Shown piece by piece: positions 50,363 through 60,387 of a stretch of DNA of 64,000 nt. How positions within the stretch are numbered: position 1 is the first letter of the stretch; the number at the start of each line of letters is the position of its first letter. The position numbers were made by a program, and so were the translations under genes. This DNA comes from Candidatus Kapaibacterium sp. (GTDB lineage: Bacteria > Bacteroidota > Ignavibacteria > Kapaibacteriales > UBA4661). The notes below the pieces were generated by a model. The model was not told where the DNA came from, did not search any database, and saw only the letters and a list, made by a program, of their open reading frames with translations. Location: NCBI GenBank assembly GCA_036847245.1, contig DAIUAL010000001.1, positions 4,037 through 68,036 on the forward strand, read 5' to 3'.

Positions 50363-51649
50363 GTGAGTATTCAACCCCTTTTTCAAAATCTCCGAAATCT
50401 TGTACAAAGACTCAATTTCTGCGGTGTGTTATTACTGTTGGTCGTTCACTCTAGTGGTGTAGCACATGCAGCTACACATTTTGTCATACAAACAGATTCA
50501 ACTTTTCGTGTACAGCTTACGCCGTTCCCGACGATTGGTACGCCTCAGACATCAATTGCATTACTACCAACACTTGCATTTTTGCCGGAAACGCGAATCA
50601 TTGGCGGCTTGGTGGTACAAGCACTGTTACGAAATAATGAAGATATAGGTTTTTCAACGAAGCCAAGTATGATTCAACCACGTGGGAAATTTTCGCCCTC
50701 GATTATCGGTGATCTCAATGCAATTTCTGATGAATCGCATCAGGAAAGCGAATCTCGACGAGTGCGTCCATCTCGTGTTGTGTTGAATGCTTTATATACA
50801 CAGAATAAGCAAACAATTCTCTCTTTTGAGCCGGATTTGTGGTTGCATCATGACTCTTTGCATTTATATGCATTTGCCGAGTACACAAATTTCCCTGATA
50901 AATTTTGGGGTCTTGGTGCGCATACGCCATCAATACAAGAAGAGCAGTTTAGTGGTAAGTATTACACATTGCAAGCCAGTGTGGAGTGGTTACTTGCACC
51001 GAGCATATATGCCGGTACACGTTATGAATTTCAAAGAACCTTTATTGAAGGTGAGCAAAATTCAATGATCAATTCAGGTACTGTTCCCGGTACAGCGCCA
51101 ACAACAGTTTCTGGGCTGACGCTTTTTGCGACATATGATAGCCGTGATAATCTTTTTGCAACCGAACAAGGATCATTCCTACAAGTCGTGGTAAGTAATT
51201 TTTCAACCTTCCTCGGTAGTGACATCAATTTTATGCGTGCAAGTATTGATGCCCGTACATTTATGACACCGTATCGTGGTGGAACACTTGCATTGCAAAG
51301 TATTATGTCGGTTGCGTCGGTTGGTACACCATTTCGACAGATGGGATTGTTAGGTGGGCAACGGTTGCTTCGTGGTATTCGACGTGGTCGCTTTGTTGAT
51401 AACACGATGGTCGTTACGCAGGCTGAATGGCGGCAACATCTTTTTTGGCGCATTGGAGTTGTCGGTTTTGCAGGTATCGGCACGGTTGCCCCTTCGCTTG
51501 ATAAAATTGAAATTAATGATGTAAAAATAACCGCCGGCTTGGGGTTACGGTTTGCTCTCTTCCCTGATGACCGCTTAAATGTTCGATTTGATCTGGGGTG
51601 GAGTAAGTACGGTAGTGGTTTTTATATCAATATTGCGGAAGCATTTTAA
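50363..51649 (+). CDS. outer-membrane beta-barrel protein (Omp85/surface-antigen-like barrel, no obvious POTRA)
   Basis: Signal peptide. Amphipathic beta-strand periodicity. C-terminal …GSGFYINIAEAF with terminal Phe. Confidence 0.5.
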   Translation: MSIQPLFQNLRNLVQRLNFCGVLLLLVVHSSGVAHAATHFVIQTDSTFRVQLTPFPTIGTPQTSIALLPTLAFLPETRIIGGLVVQALLRNNEDIGFSTKPSMIQPRGKFSPSIIGDLNAISDESHQESESRRVRPSRVVLNALYTQNKQTILSFEPDLWLHHDSLHLYAFAEYTNFPDKFWGLGAHTPSIQEEQFSGKYYTLQASVEWLLAPSIYAGTRYEFQRTFIEGEQNSMINSGTVPGTAPTTVSGLTLFATYDSRDNLFATEQGSFLQVVVSNFSTFLGSDINFMRASIDARTFMTPYRGGTLALQSIMSVASVGTPFRQMGLLGGQRLLRGIRRGRFVDNTMVVTQAEWRQHLFWRIGVVGFAGIGTVAPSLDKIEINDVKITAGLGLRFALFPDDRLNVRFDLGWSKYGSGFYINIAEAF

Positions 51650-51664
51650 CGAAGTAACAAGCGT

Positions 51665-52930
51665 ATGAAGAATCAAGAAATTGTTGCTCTTACGGATAAT
51701 GAACGTCGTATACAATTGCGTTCAATGCGCATCTTCGCTACATCATTATTGGGTGGTATGGCGGTACTTTTTGTTGTTGGTACTTTGTACGAATCGCAGA
51801 TGCCATGGCTTGGATTTGTACGCGCATTTAGCGAGGCAGCGATGGTAGGAGCGTTAGCTGATTGGTTTGCTGTAAGTGCACTGTTCCGTCATCCATTTGG
51901 TTTGCCGATACCTCACACAGCGATTATTCCTATGAACAAAGATAGGATTGGCGAGAGTTTAGGCAATTTTGTGGAAAAGAATTTTTTGTCCGTTGAGATT
52001 GTTAGTGAAAAACTTCGTTCCACGGATATTGCTCGTATTGCAGGAGGATGGCTTGCCAAGCAGAGCAACGCTGAGGGGCTTGCTGAGCGCATCGTTTCGG
52101 CAATACCTTCGATTCTTCATGCATTTGATGATGAAGCAATTCATCGTTTGATTCGTGAAACGATTACAGAGCGTATTAAAGCTATCGAAGTAGCACCGTT
52201 GGCGGGTACGATTCTCAATGCGCTCACCGCCAACAATCGCCATCAAGGATTGCTTGATGAAGCAATCAAACTTTCAGTACGATTACTTGAAGAAAACAAA
52301 GTTGCTATTCGTGAAAAGATAAAAGAAGACAGCCCTTGGTATATTCCGGGTTTTGTTGATAATAAAATTTATGAGAAAATTCTTACCACCGCAGAAACAA
52401 CACTCTCTGCTGTTAGTACTAATCCACATCATGAGTTACGTACTAAGTTTCATCGTTCAGTACAAGAATTTATTTATCGCTTGCGTACATCCGATGAGTA
52501 TCGAGACAAAGGCGAGGAATTAAAAACTGCACTACTGGAGCACCCTGTATTACAGCAGTATTTTTCATCGTTGTGGATCGACCTGAAAGCACTGATTCTT
52601 CGTGATGTATATGATCCACATTCTCGTATAAAAAACCAGATTGTAAAAACAGTTCAGCAATTCGGTGAGCGGTTGCACGATGATGAAGAATTACGATCCA
52701 CCATCAATCGGTGGATCGAAGAAGCTGTAAGTAATCTTATCGTGTCACGGAAACATGATATTGCTGATTTGATTAGTTCAACTGTACGAAAGTGGGATGC
52801 ACAAACAATGACGGAGAGAATTGAACTCTATGTAGGACGTGATTTGCAATTTATTCGGATTAATGGTACTATTGTCGGAGGCTGTATTGGTGTGCTGATC
52901 TATCTTATAGCAATGCTTTTACGTTCATAA
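51665..52930 (+). CDS. DUF445-family membrane protein (YjiN-like)
   Basis: N-terminal TM then …FRHPFGLPIPHTAIIPMNKDRIG… block. C-terminal TM. Confidence 0.55.
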   Translation: MKNQEIVALTDNERRIQLRSMRIFATSLLGGMAVLFVVGTLYESQMPWLGFVRAFSEAAMVGALADWFAVSALFRHPFGLPIPHTAIIPMNKDRIGESLGNFVEKNFLSVEIVSEKLRSTDIARIAGGWLAKQSNAEGLAERIVSAIPSILHAFDDEAIHRLIRETITERIKAIEVAPLAGTILNALTANNRHQGLLDEAIKLSVRLLEENKVAIREKIKEDSPWYIPGFVDNKIYEKILTTAETTLSAVSTNPHHELRTKFHRSVQEFIYRLRTSDEYRDKGEELKTALLEHPVLQQYFSSLWIDLKALILRDVYDPHSRIKNQIVKTVQQFGERLHDDEELRSTINRWIEEAVSNLIVSRKHDIADLISSTVRKWDAQTMTERIELYVGRDLQFIRINGTIVGGCIGVLIYLIAMLLRS

Positions 52931-52974
52931 ATTCTGTACTATGTTTAATATCATCATTTTTATGGTGCACCATC

Positions 52975-53340
52975 ATGACGCATAATGACATACGTGCCTA
53001 TTGTTTGGCAAAGCCGGGTGTAACAGAAGAAACACCTTTTGATGATGTTACGTTAGTGTATAAAGTTATGGGAAAAATGTTCGCTTTAGCAGGCTTTGAC
53101 AATGATTTTATTAACCTGAAATGCGATCCTGATAGTGCGATAACACTTCGGGAACGGTATGATGCAGTTCAGCCCGGTTATCACATGAATAAGCGATTGT
53201 GGAACTCTGTGTATTACCTCGACGGTGCACTGCCTGATTCTTTAGTGTACCGCTGGATTGATGATTCCTATAATCTTGTTGTTGCAGGTCTGCCAAAAAA
53301 AGTGCGTACAGAACTAACGAATCTTACCAAAGGTACATAA
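52975..53340 (+). CDS. MmcQ/YjbR-family protein
   Basis: MTHNDIRAYCLAKPGVTEETPFDDVTLVYKVMGKMFAL is a YjbR family N-terminal signature. Confidence 0.6.
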   Translation: MTHNDIRAYCLAKPGVTEETPFDDVTLVYKVMGKMFALAGFDNDFINLKCDPDSAITLRERYDAVQPGYHMNKRLWNSVYYLDGALPDSLVYRWIDDSYNLVVAGLPKKVRTELTNLTKGT

Positions 53341-53507
53341 TATAGGTGGTGTGGTTATAAAAGTGATACTATTATTTTTTGTGCACAGCATATTATAAGT
53401 ACTGAAAAGATCATTGTAGCGAAGAAAAACAATCCTGATTGTGTAAATAAGATAAGTGTGTCGTATAATCATGGCACATCTTTTGTCTATTTGATATTTC
53501 AAGAAAG

Positions 53508-55832
53508 TTGTTGAGTACGTTGAAGGAAATGGCTATGTCTTTGTCTTTGCGCTCGGTTATTTCAAACATTACCCGGCAGGGAATTCAGGCAGATGCTACG
53601 GAAGCCGATATCCGTAGGCATCAGGCAGGCATATTGATAATACTAATGGCAATGATACTGATTGCTACAGATATAATCACATTACATTTTCTACATGTCA
53701 ACACCACATTGTCAATCAAGGTAACAAATGTTTGTGCCTATGTTGTTGCTCTATTTCTATATCGACGAGGTCATACATTCATTGGTGCCTATATTGCTAT
53801 TGGTATAGCTAACTTAGCAATCTATGTCGCATCCATTGAGGACGGAAAAAATTCACTGACAGTCGTGTGCTTTCTAACGACAACTATTTCACCGTTTATA
53901 TTCTTTTCGTTACGCCAGTGGCGGTGGATTGCCTTTTCAGTGTTTTGGTCATGGTTTTTCGCGGTCTTAACCCTCGTATACAACTATCAGTTACCACCCG
54001 CACTTGCTTGGTTAGGCATTATTACCAGTACAAAACCAACGGATGTAGTATCAATTGTCACTCTGAGTATAACTATTTTTTTTGTTGCTGGGACAACTCT
54101 TTTTCTTGTATTCCTCAACGATCATTCCGAACAAGTTGCATGGCAACAAGTACATGCCGCCAAAAATAATGAAAGACGTCTTACGTCTGTGTTGTCTTCC
54201 GTAACAGATCCGATATGGATTACCGATATCAATCTAAAAGTTGTTATGGCAAATGCTGCATTTCATACAGTGTATAAGGCACGTTATGGAAGAGAATATG
54301 ACAAGGAAAGTATCGATGAAATTCCCAATTTACCCGAAGAAGAAGTACTGTGGAAACCACGGTATGCCGATGCTATCAAAGGTAAGACGGAAGAGTTTTA
54401 CAATTCCTTTGTCGGTGTTGATGGACAACGAGTTTGGGAAGCGGTAACTTTGACACCACTGAAATTAAATGATTCTATTTCCGGTGTTGTAGGAATTGCA
54501 CGAAACATTACAGCAGTAAAAGAAGCAGATGCAAGTATTTCTGCTACAGCGATGCAATTGCAAGCATTGGTTGCATCTCTTGATGACATTGTTTGCCAAG
54601 TTAATCGTACAGGATTTGTTCTTGCCGTTTGGGCATCGCATCATTCGCCATTGTCAGAGTTTGCAAAGAGTTTACAAGGTAAACATATTCGCCTTCTTGC
54701 TGACGATGCAGGTGCAGCAATGATGAATGCAATTAATAATACGTTTATCACACAGCGTCCGCATTCTATTGAGTATTATCTCCAACGAGTTCGTCGTTGG
54801 TATCAAGCCAAACTTTCGTACGTTACAGAGAATAACTCTGTAACAATTCTTCTGGCGGATGTTTCAGATCGCAAAGCTAATGACGAGCACATTCAAGGAT
54901 TAAATAATCAATTGCAAGAACTGAATGCTTTATACTCAGAAGCAAATCGAAATCTTGCAGACAATAATGCACAGCTCGAACAGCGCGTCAGTGAGCGTAC
55001 TGCTGAATTGCAACGTATGACCGAACAATTACAAGAGGAAAATGGTATCCGTAAGCATACCGAAGAAAGGTTGTCACGCGCTCTTCAACGCGAACAGAGC
55101 TTTAGTGACATGAAGTCACGGTTTGTCACGATGTTGTCTCACCAATTCCGCACACCACTGACTTTGGTTCAAAATGGGCTCGATATTATTACTTCCTTAC
55201 TGATCCGAAATACGAGTATTTCTCATGAACAGGTTGCTAAACATCTCTCATCGATGATGGGGGCTACTGACCAGATTGTTGAGCTACTGGAGCGTGTAGC
55301 AACTTTATCGGATATGCAGATCAATCTTCTCGAAGAAAAGCCACACCAATTTGTACTTGAGCCACTTTTACGCACTATTATACATGAGTGCGCTATGCAG
55401 GATGAAAACAATGTTGTTAAGCCATTGGAGCGTATTCAAGTAAGGTTGCAGGGAGACATTCCTTCCCTGTATACAATTGAAACAGCACTACACAGAGCCT
55501 TGATGGAAGTAGTGAAGAATGCGTTGCACTACAGCGACGAGAATTCGCCTATTGTAATTTCAGCTGAAGTCGACAGAATACATTCTCATCGTGTACATAT
55601 TACCGTTACCAATCAAGGCAAACAGCTATCCGAAGAAGAATATCGGATGATTTTTGAAAACTTTTACCGCACAGGTCTTGCACAAACCGTTGGGAGTCAG
55701 CGTGGTTTAGGAATTGGTTTAGGAATTGCGCAGTTTTGCATGCAAACACTTAATGGCATTATCGTGTGTACGAATTCTGAATCAAATTTGACTCATTTTC
55801 ATTTGGAATTTCCTGCTGTTCTTCCGCAATAA
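53508..55832 (+). CDS. sensor histidine kinase, multi-TM N-domain + 2 PAS + coiled coil + HisKA/HATPase (paralog 1 of 3)
   Basis: About 6-7 N-terminal TM helices. PAS-like (…DPIWITDINLKVVMANAAF…, …LDDIVCQVNRTGFV…). S-helix ERTAELQRMTEQLQEEN. H-box MLSHQFRTPL. N/G boxes (…NALHYS…, GLGIGLGIA). Confidence 0.8.
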   Translation: MLSTLKEMAMSLSLRSVISNITRQGIQADATEADIRRHQAGILIILMAMILIATDIITLHFLHVNTTLSIKVTNVCAYVVALFLYRRGHTFIGAYIAIGIANLAIYVASIEDGKNSLTVVCFLTTTISPFIFFSLRQWRWIAFSVFWSWFFAVLTLVYNYQLPPALAWLGIITSTKPTDVVSIVTLSITIFFVAGTTLFLVFLNDHSEQVAWQQVHAAKNNERRLTSVLSSVTDPIWITDINLKVVMANAAFHTVYKARYGREYDKESIDEIPNLPEEEVLWKPRYADAIKGKTEEFYNSFVGVDGQRVWEAVTLTPLKLNDSISGVVGIARNITAVKEADASISATAMQLQALVASLDDIVCQVNRTGFVLAVWASHHSPLSEFAKSLQGKHIRLLADDAGAAMMNAINNTFITQRPHSIEYYLQRVRRWYQAKLSYVTENNSVTILLADVSDRKANDEHIQGLNNQLQELNALYSEANRNLADNNAQLEQRVSERTAELQRMTEQLQEENGIRKHTEERLSRALQREQSFSDMKSRFVTMLSHQFRTPLTLVQNGLDIITSLLIRNTSISHEQVAKHLSSMMGATDQIVELLERVATLSDMQINLLEEKPHQFVLEPLLRTIIHECAMQDENNVVKPLERIQVRLQGDIPSLYTIETALHRALMEVVKNALHYSDENSPIVISAEVDRIHSHRVHITVTNQGKQLSEEEYRMIFENFYRTGLAQTVGSQRGLGIGLGIAQFCMQTLNGIIVCTNSESNLTHFHLEFPAVLPQ

Positions 55833-55899
55833 GAGCAACCACAAATAAGAATACCCGCTGCTAAGTAGTATATTTTCTTCTCTCTTTTTAATCGTTGTC

Positions 55900-58203
55900 A
55901 TGTCGGTGCTTGCAGAGTTTATCCTCTCGCTTACTCAAGCTGGAATGAGTGATGATATCACGACGCATGATCAAAAGCGTTTTCGTGTGATGAATATTGC
56001 TTTCCTTATTGGGATTGCGATATGTCTCATCTTAACACTCTTCTATGTATTGCATGGTGCTCATAGTTATGTGTGGACATCGATTGCTTCGACAAGTTTA
56101 TTGATTATGTGCTTTGTCCTTCGCATTATTGGATACACAAATGGAGGAAACTTTTTTGCATTATTGATCATGAACATTGTGATTTTTATGGCGGAATATA
56201 GTTTCCCTGTAGGATCTGATATACATCTCCTTTATCTGCTCCCGCTTGCAACACTGTTTCTTGCTTATGAGCCAACGGAGTGGCGGTATATTAGTTTTTT
56301 TACAATTTTTCCTCTTATCCTACATACCATAGTCTTGATTACAGAGTATGTACCACCCGTGTTAATGGCAGGCATTATTGTTGAGGAAAAAAGCATACCG
56401 CCTCATGTTATGGCTTATTTAAGTTTTGTTATTGCCGTCTTAGGTGTCATTGCTTTTGTGATTGTCTATGCTAATGAAAATTATCGAACCGAGAAGATTC
56501 TAGAGCGTCAAGTATCAACCATCCGTGAGCAAGAGCAGAAGTTATCCAGCATTTTGAATGCAATTCCTGACCCTATTTGGCTGATTGATACTAACTACAC
56601 TGTCTATGTGGGTAATGAAGCAATGGCGCGACATAATGAAAACCGAACGGGATATCGTTTGGCAATTGGTGCTGTCGTTTCTAATTCAATTTATACACCG
56701 GAAGAGCTTCGCATGTGGCAGGCAAAGTACTCATCAGCATTTGCCGGCAATTATGAAAGCTTTGAATATACAAGTGTTTATTCCGATGGCCGACGATGGT
56801 TTGCTATCACAGTTGCACCGGTGGTGATTGCCAATCGTATTACCGGCGCGGTTGGTATTCTCCGTGATATCACAGCAATAAAACGTACTCAGCAAGGTAT
56901 CATTCGCAGTGAGGCAAATTTAAAAGCGGTAATATCATCGTTGGATGATATCATCTTTCAAATCAATAAAGAGCATCAAATCGAGAATGTATGGACATCC
57001 GATCATTATGCGTTTTCTAATGTTGGCGAATTGATTGGTAAATCAGTAGCACCGTTCTTCTATCAAGCCAGCCAGCAAGTTTCTAGTGCGATAGATATGG
57101 TGTTTGCAACTCACAAGCCTCAAAGTGTTGAATTTTATATCGAGCAAATGCGTCGATGGTATCGTGCAAAAATTTTGTACGTCATGATTAGTGGTAAAGA
57201 GACAGTTACTGTGCTCCTTGCAGATGTTTCTAGTCGCAAACAATATGAACAAGAGATTCTTAACTTGAATGGAAGACTGACACAGCTCAATGAAAATCTT
57301 GAAGAACGTGTTGCGGAGCGTACACAAGAACTAAAAAGCCTTGCATCAGAACTTCAAAATGAAGTCAGAATTCGCACCCATGCAGAAGAACGCTTATCGG
57401 TTGCCTTGGAACGTGAACACCTTTTCAGCGAGATGAAAACACGTCTTGTTACGTTGCTGTCACACCAATTTCGTACGCCGCTCACATATATTCAATCTGG
57501 TGCTGACATTATTGAACATTCGATGCGCACGGGGCGTACTCTTCTTCCTGAGCAAATCAATAAGTACTTAGAAGGTGTCTATGTTGGTACAGAGCAAATT
57601 GTTAATCTTATTGACAATGTGTCGCGGTTGATGGACGTGCAGACTGCTATTCTGCAAGACGACGCTGAAGACTTTAATCTGACAGACCTTGTTCAAAATA
57701 TTGTTAAAGAGTTTAACTACAGCGATGATTTGCATGGATTGGAGGCAATTGAGCGAGTACGTATTTCGGCACCTGCTCTGTTGAATGTTCATACTGTACA
57801 ATTGGCTATTCGTGCCGCTGTACAAGAATTACTCAAAAATGCACTTACGTATTCATTACCTAAAACGCCGATTTCTATTGATATTGTATCGCAAAAAGAT
57901 GATAGTCTTACGAATGATGAAGATGAGATAACAAGCATATCACCGCAGATTGAGATACGTATTACCAATATGGGGTATGGTATTGCTCCAAATGAAATTG
58001 AGTCTGTTTTTGAGTACTTTTATCGTTCGGGTGAACATGATGCTGTGGGGAAAAGTCGTGGTTTGGGCATCGGACTTGGTTTAGTCAAATTCTGTGCTGA
58101 GGCAGTGCGTGGAAGTGTAAGATTGGACACGGATTTAACAGAAAAAGACATAACCAAAGAGACAACATTTACATTTATTTTCCCCCAGAATGCTACTTTG
58201 TGA
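55900..58203 (+). CDS. sensor histidine kinase, multi-TM + PAS + HisKA/HATPase (paralog 2 of 3)
   Basis: Collinear with paralog 1: …DPIWLIDTNYTVYVGNEAM…, LDDIIFQINKEHQI…, ERTQELKSLASELQNE, LLSHQFRTPL, GLGIGLGLV. Confidence 0.8.
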   Translation: MSVLAEFILSLTQAGMSDDITTHDQKRFRVMNIAFLIGIAICLILTLFYVLHGAHSYVWTSIASTSLLIMCFVLRIIGYTNGGNFFALLIMNIVIFMAEYSFPVGSDIHLLYLLPLATLFLAYEPTEWRYISFFTIFPLILHTIVLITEYVPPVLMAGIIVEEKSIPPHVMAYLSFVIAVLGVIAFVIVYANENYRTEKILERQVSTIREQEQKLSSILNAIPDPIWLIDTNYTVYVGNEAMARHNENRTGYRLAIGAVVSNSIYTPEELRMWQAKYSSAFAGNYESFEYTSVYSDGRRWFAITVAPVVIANRITGAVGILRDITAIKRTQQGIIRSEANLKAVISSLDDIIFQINKEHQIENVWTSDHYAFSNVGELIGKSVAPFFYQASQQVSSAIDMVFATHKPQSVEFYIEQMRRWYRAKILYVMISGKETVTVLLADVSSRKQYEQEILNLNGRLTQLNENLEERVAERTQELKSLASELQNEVRIRTHAEERLSVALEREHLFSEMKTRLVTLLSHQFRTPLTYIQSGADIIEHSMRTGRTLLPEQINKYLEGVYVGTEQIVNLIDNVSRLMDVQTAILQDDAEDFNLTDLVQNIVKEFNYSDDLHGLEAIERVRISAPALLNVHTVQLAIRAAVQELLKNALTYSLPKTPISIDIVSQKDDSLTNDEDEITSISPQIEIRITNMGYGIAPNEIESVFEYFYRSGEHDAVGKSRGLGIGLGLVKFCAEAVRGSVRLDTDLTEKDITKETTFTFIFPQNATL

Positions 58204-58312
58204 TAGAAGAACTTATTATTGAAAGCCTTCCATAGTCAATACAATCATATCTATGATGAGTGGGTAGGTGTCTCAGTTGAGATCCTACTCTCGATTGTGT
58301 TGATACATTTAT

Positions 58313-60325
58313 ATGATTTCATTGATCTCCACTGCCGTGCAGAGAACACTTTTTACATATCTCCAAAAGCTCTTTCCTGACCGTGGTAATGCCACTACTG
58401 CATATAAAGTTGGTAGTACCGTTTTTGATCTATCCGCTCATCATGAATCTGCTCGGCATATCGCGGCAATGGTACTTCTTTTGCCTACAATGCTGTGCTA
58501 TTTATTTACGGTAGTTTTTTATGCTTTAGGACTACCGCGAAGTGGTATGGGCTTTTTTATTGTTGCAATCGGATTTACTTGTTGTACATGGTTTGGGCAC
58601 TATAATCAGCAACGAGCTACCGAAGCTGTTCTCGTGTGGGCAGTAATAGCGGTATTTCTTATGTCGCATATTATTCCGCAAGGTGAGCTTACATATCCTT
58701 ATTATTTCATGATACAATTAGGAGCATTGTTTGTTTATGGTATTCGGCGTTTAAAGGGAGTGATAATTTTTGCATTGCTGCCCATAGTTCTACATACGAT
58801 AGCAATGTTCTACACACTACCGGCATATGGAGCTTATTTCGTGGAGGAAGCACATATACCAATGAATTTTTTGACCTTATCACGTTTTCTCATTGTTACT
58901 TGTGTGCTGTGTTTGGTGATACTTCTTCAGCAAAAAAGTACATTAGAAATAGAAGCAATTGTTGACAAAAGTATTGAAGCAACTCGTATTCATCAGCAAC
59001 AGTTAAACGATATTGTTACTGCTATTCAGGAAGCGATATGGCTTACAGATGCAACGGGCAATATTATTTTAAGCAATCCTTCACTGCAGCAATCGTTGGT
59101 AAATCGTTTTCATATCATGTTTGGTAATCGTTTTGATATGATCGAATATTTTGAGCCGCATGAAAGAGAGCTTTGGCGTGAGCAGTACCAAAAAGTATTT
59201 CGAGGTGAAACAACCTCTTTCACTACCGAATGGCAAGACAAAGTACATAATAGAATGCATTGGTGGGAAATTACGCTTCTACCATTATCTGATCGTGGTT
59301 TGATCTATGGTGCCGTGGGTGTTGGGCGTGAGATAACTGAACAAAAAGAATTTGCCGAGAGGATTCTTGCACTGAATCAAGAGTTGTCGGTTATGACACA
59401 CCGGCTTTCTTCAGCAAATGAAAATCTTGAATCACGTATCGTCGAGCGCACAGCCGATCTCGCTCAACTCGCGAAAGAATTACAACAAGAGAATGTCGAG
59501 CATCGTAAGACAAAAAAAAGTTTGGCTTCGTCTTTAGAGCGCGAAAAACGCTATGGGGATATGAGAATGAAATTAGCTATGATGCTATCGCACCAATTTC
59601 GTACGCCGATGGCCTATATTAAGTCGGCAAGCGATCTCATGGAAGCCTATCTTCGACGTGGTAAAGAGATTGATGAAGCACGCTTGCGAAATTTATTGAA
59701 TTCTATCGATCGCGGTACATCAGAAATGGAAAAACTGATGAATGATATTTCTAATCTTTTAGAAACACAAGCAGAGTTACAGCAAGAACAACCACAACAG
59801 TTCAATCTTGTTTCTGTTGTACGAGAAGCATTACAGCTCCAGATTAGCCCGGGAGACTATCAAGATCCCTTGATTGGACATTCGTTGTTGGTAGATGTTG
59901 ATGAAGATTTGATCGCCTTTACACGGCTTCATGCTTTGCGTACAGCGCTCTTTGAAATTATTCGTAATGCTGTGCAATATTCAGAGAAAGGTTCAACGAT
60001 TAGTATTACTTCTTCATCTGTAAATTCACTCGAAACCAATGAAAAGATATATTCGATAGCCATTCACAATACGGGAAGTCAAATACCAATTGGCGAAGAG
60101 CATAATATCTTTGAGTTTTTCTATCGTGCGGGTCGTGAACATGAGGTCGGAGCATCCCGAAGTTTGGGTATAGGGCTTGGGCTTGCAAAGTATGCAGTGG
60201 AATTATTAGGCGGCTCGGTTATCTGTGTGCGTGGTCTGCTCAACGAAGCAAAGTTTACTATAACATTTCCACAAAAATTGCCGACCAATCTATATGATGT
60301 ACCATCTGTACACATAACAATGTGA
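58313..60325 (+). CDS. sensor histidine kinase, multi-TM + PAS + HisKA/HATPase (paralog 3 of 3)
   Basis: Collinear with paralogs 1-2: …EAIWLTDATGNIILSN…, ERTADLAQLAKELQQEN, MLSHQFRTPM, GIGLGLAKY. Confidence 0.8.
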   Translation: MISLISTAVQRTLFTYLQKLFPDRGNATTAYKVGSTVFDLSAHHESARHIAAMVLLLPTMLCYLFTVVFYALGLPRSGMGFFIVAIGFTCCTWFGHYNQQRATEAVLVWAVIAVFLMSHIIPQGELTYPYYFMIQLGALFVYGIRRLKGVIIFALLPIVLHTIAMFYTLPAYGAYFVEEAHIPMNFLTLSRFLIVTCVLCLVILLQQKSTLEIEAIVDKSIEATRIHQQQLNDIVTAIQEAIWLTDATGNIILSNPSLQQSLVNRFHIMFGNRFDMIEYFEPHERELWREQYQKVFRGETTSFTTEWQDKVHNRMHWWEITLLPLSDRGLIYGAVGVGREITEQKEFAERILALNQELSVMTHRLSSANENLESRIVERTADLAQLAKELQQENVEHRKTKKSLASSLEREKRYGDMRMKLAMMLSHQFRTPMAYIKSASDLMEAYLRRGKEIDEARLRNLLNSIDRGTSEMEKLMNDISNLLETQAELQQEQPQQFNLVSVVREALQLQISPGDYQDPLIGHSLLVDVDEDLIAFTRLHALRTALFEIIRNAVQYSEKGSTISITSSSVNSLETNEKIYSIAIHNTGSQIPIGEEHNIFEFFYRAGREHEVGASRSLGIGLGLAKYAVELLGGSVICVRGLLNEAKFTITFPQKLPTNLYDVPSVHITM

Positions 60326-60387
60326 GTTCATGTCTAAGTTACAGCAGATACGGCTATCTACTTTTACCATATTGTTGGTGATTTTTT

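Noticed and set aside
53508-60325. Minus- and plus-strand small ORFs nested in the large genes (e.g. 54398..54589, 57043..57327, 58532..58717, and similar ones inside 10945..12291 and 21832..25389)
   Set aside because: They overlap strongly supported long ORFs on other frames and have no motifs.
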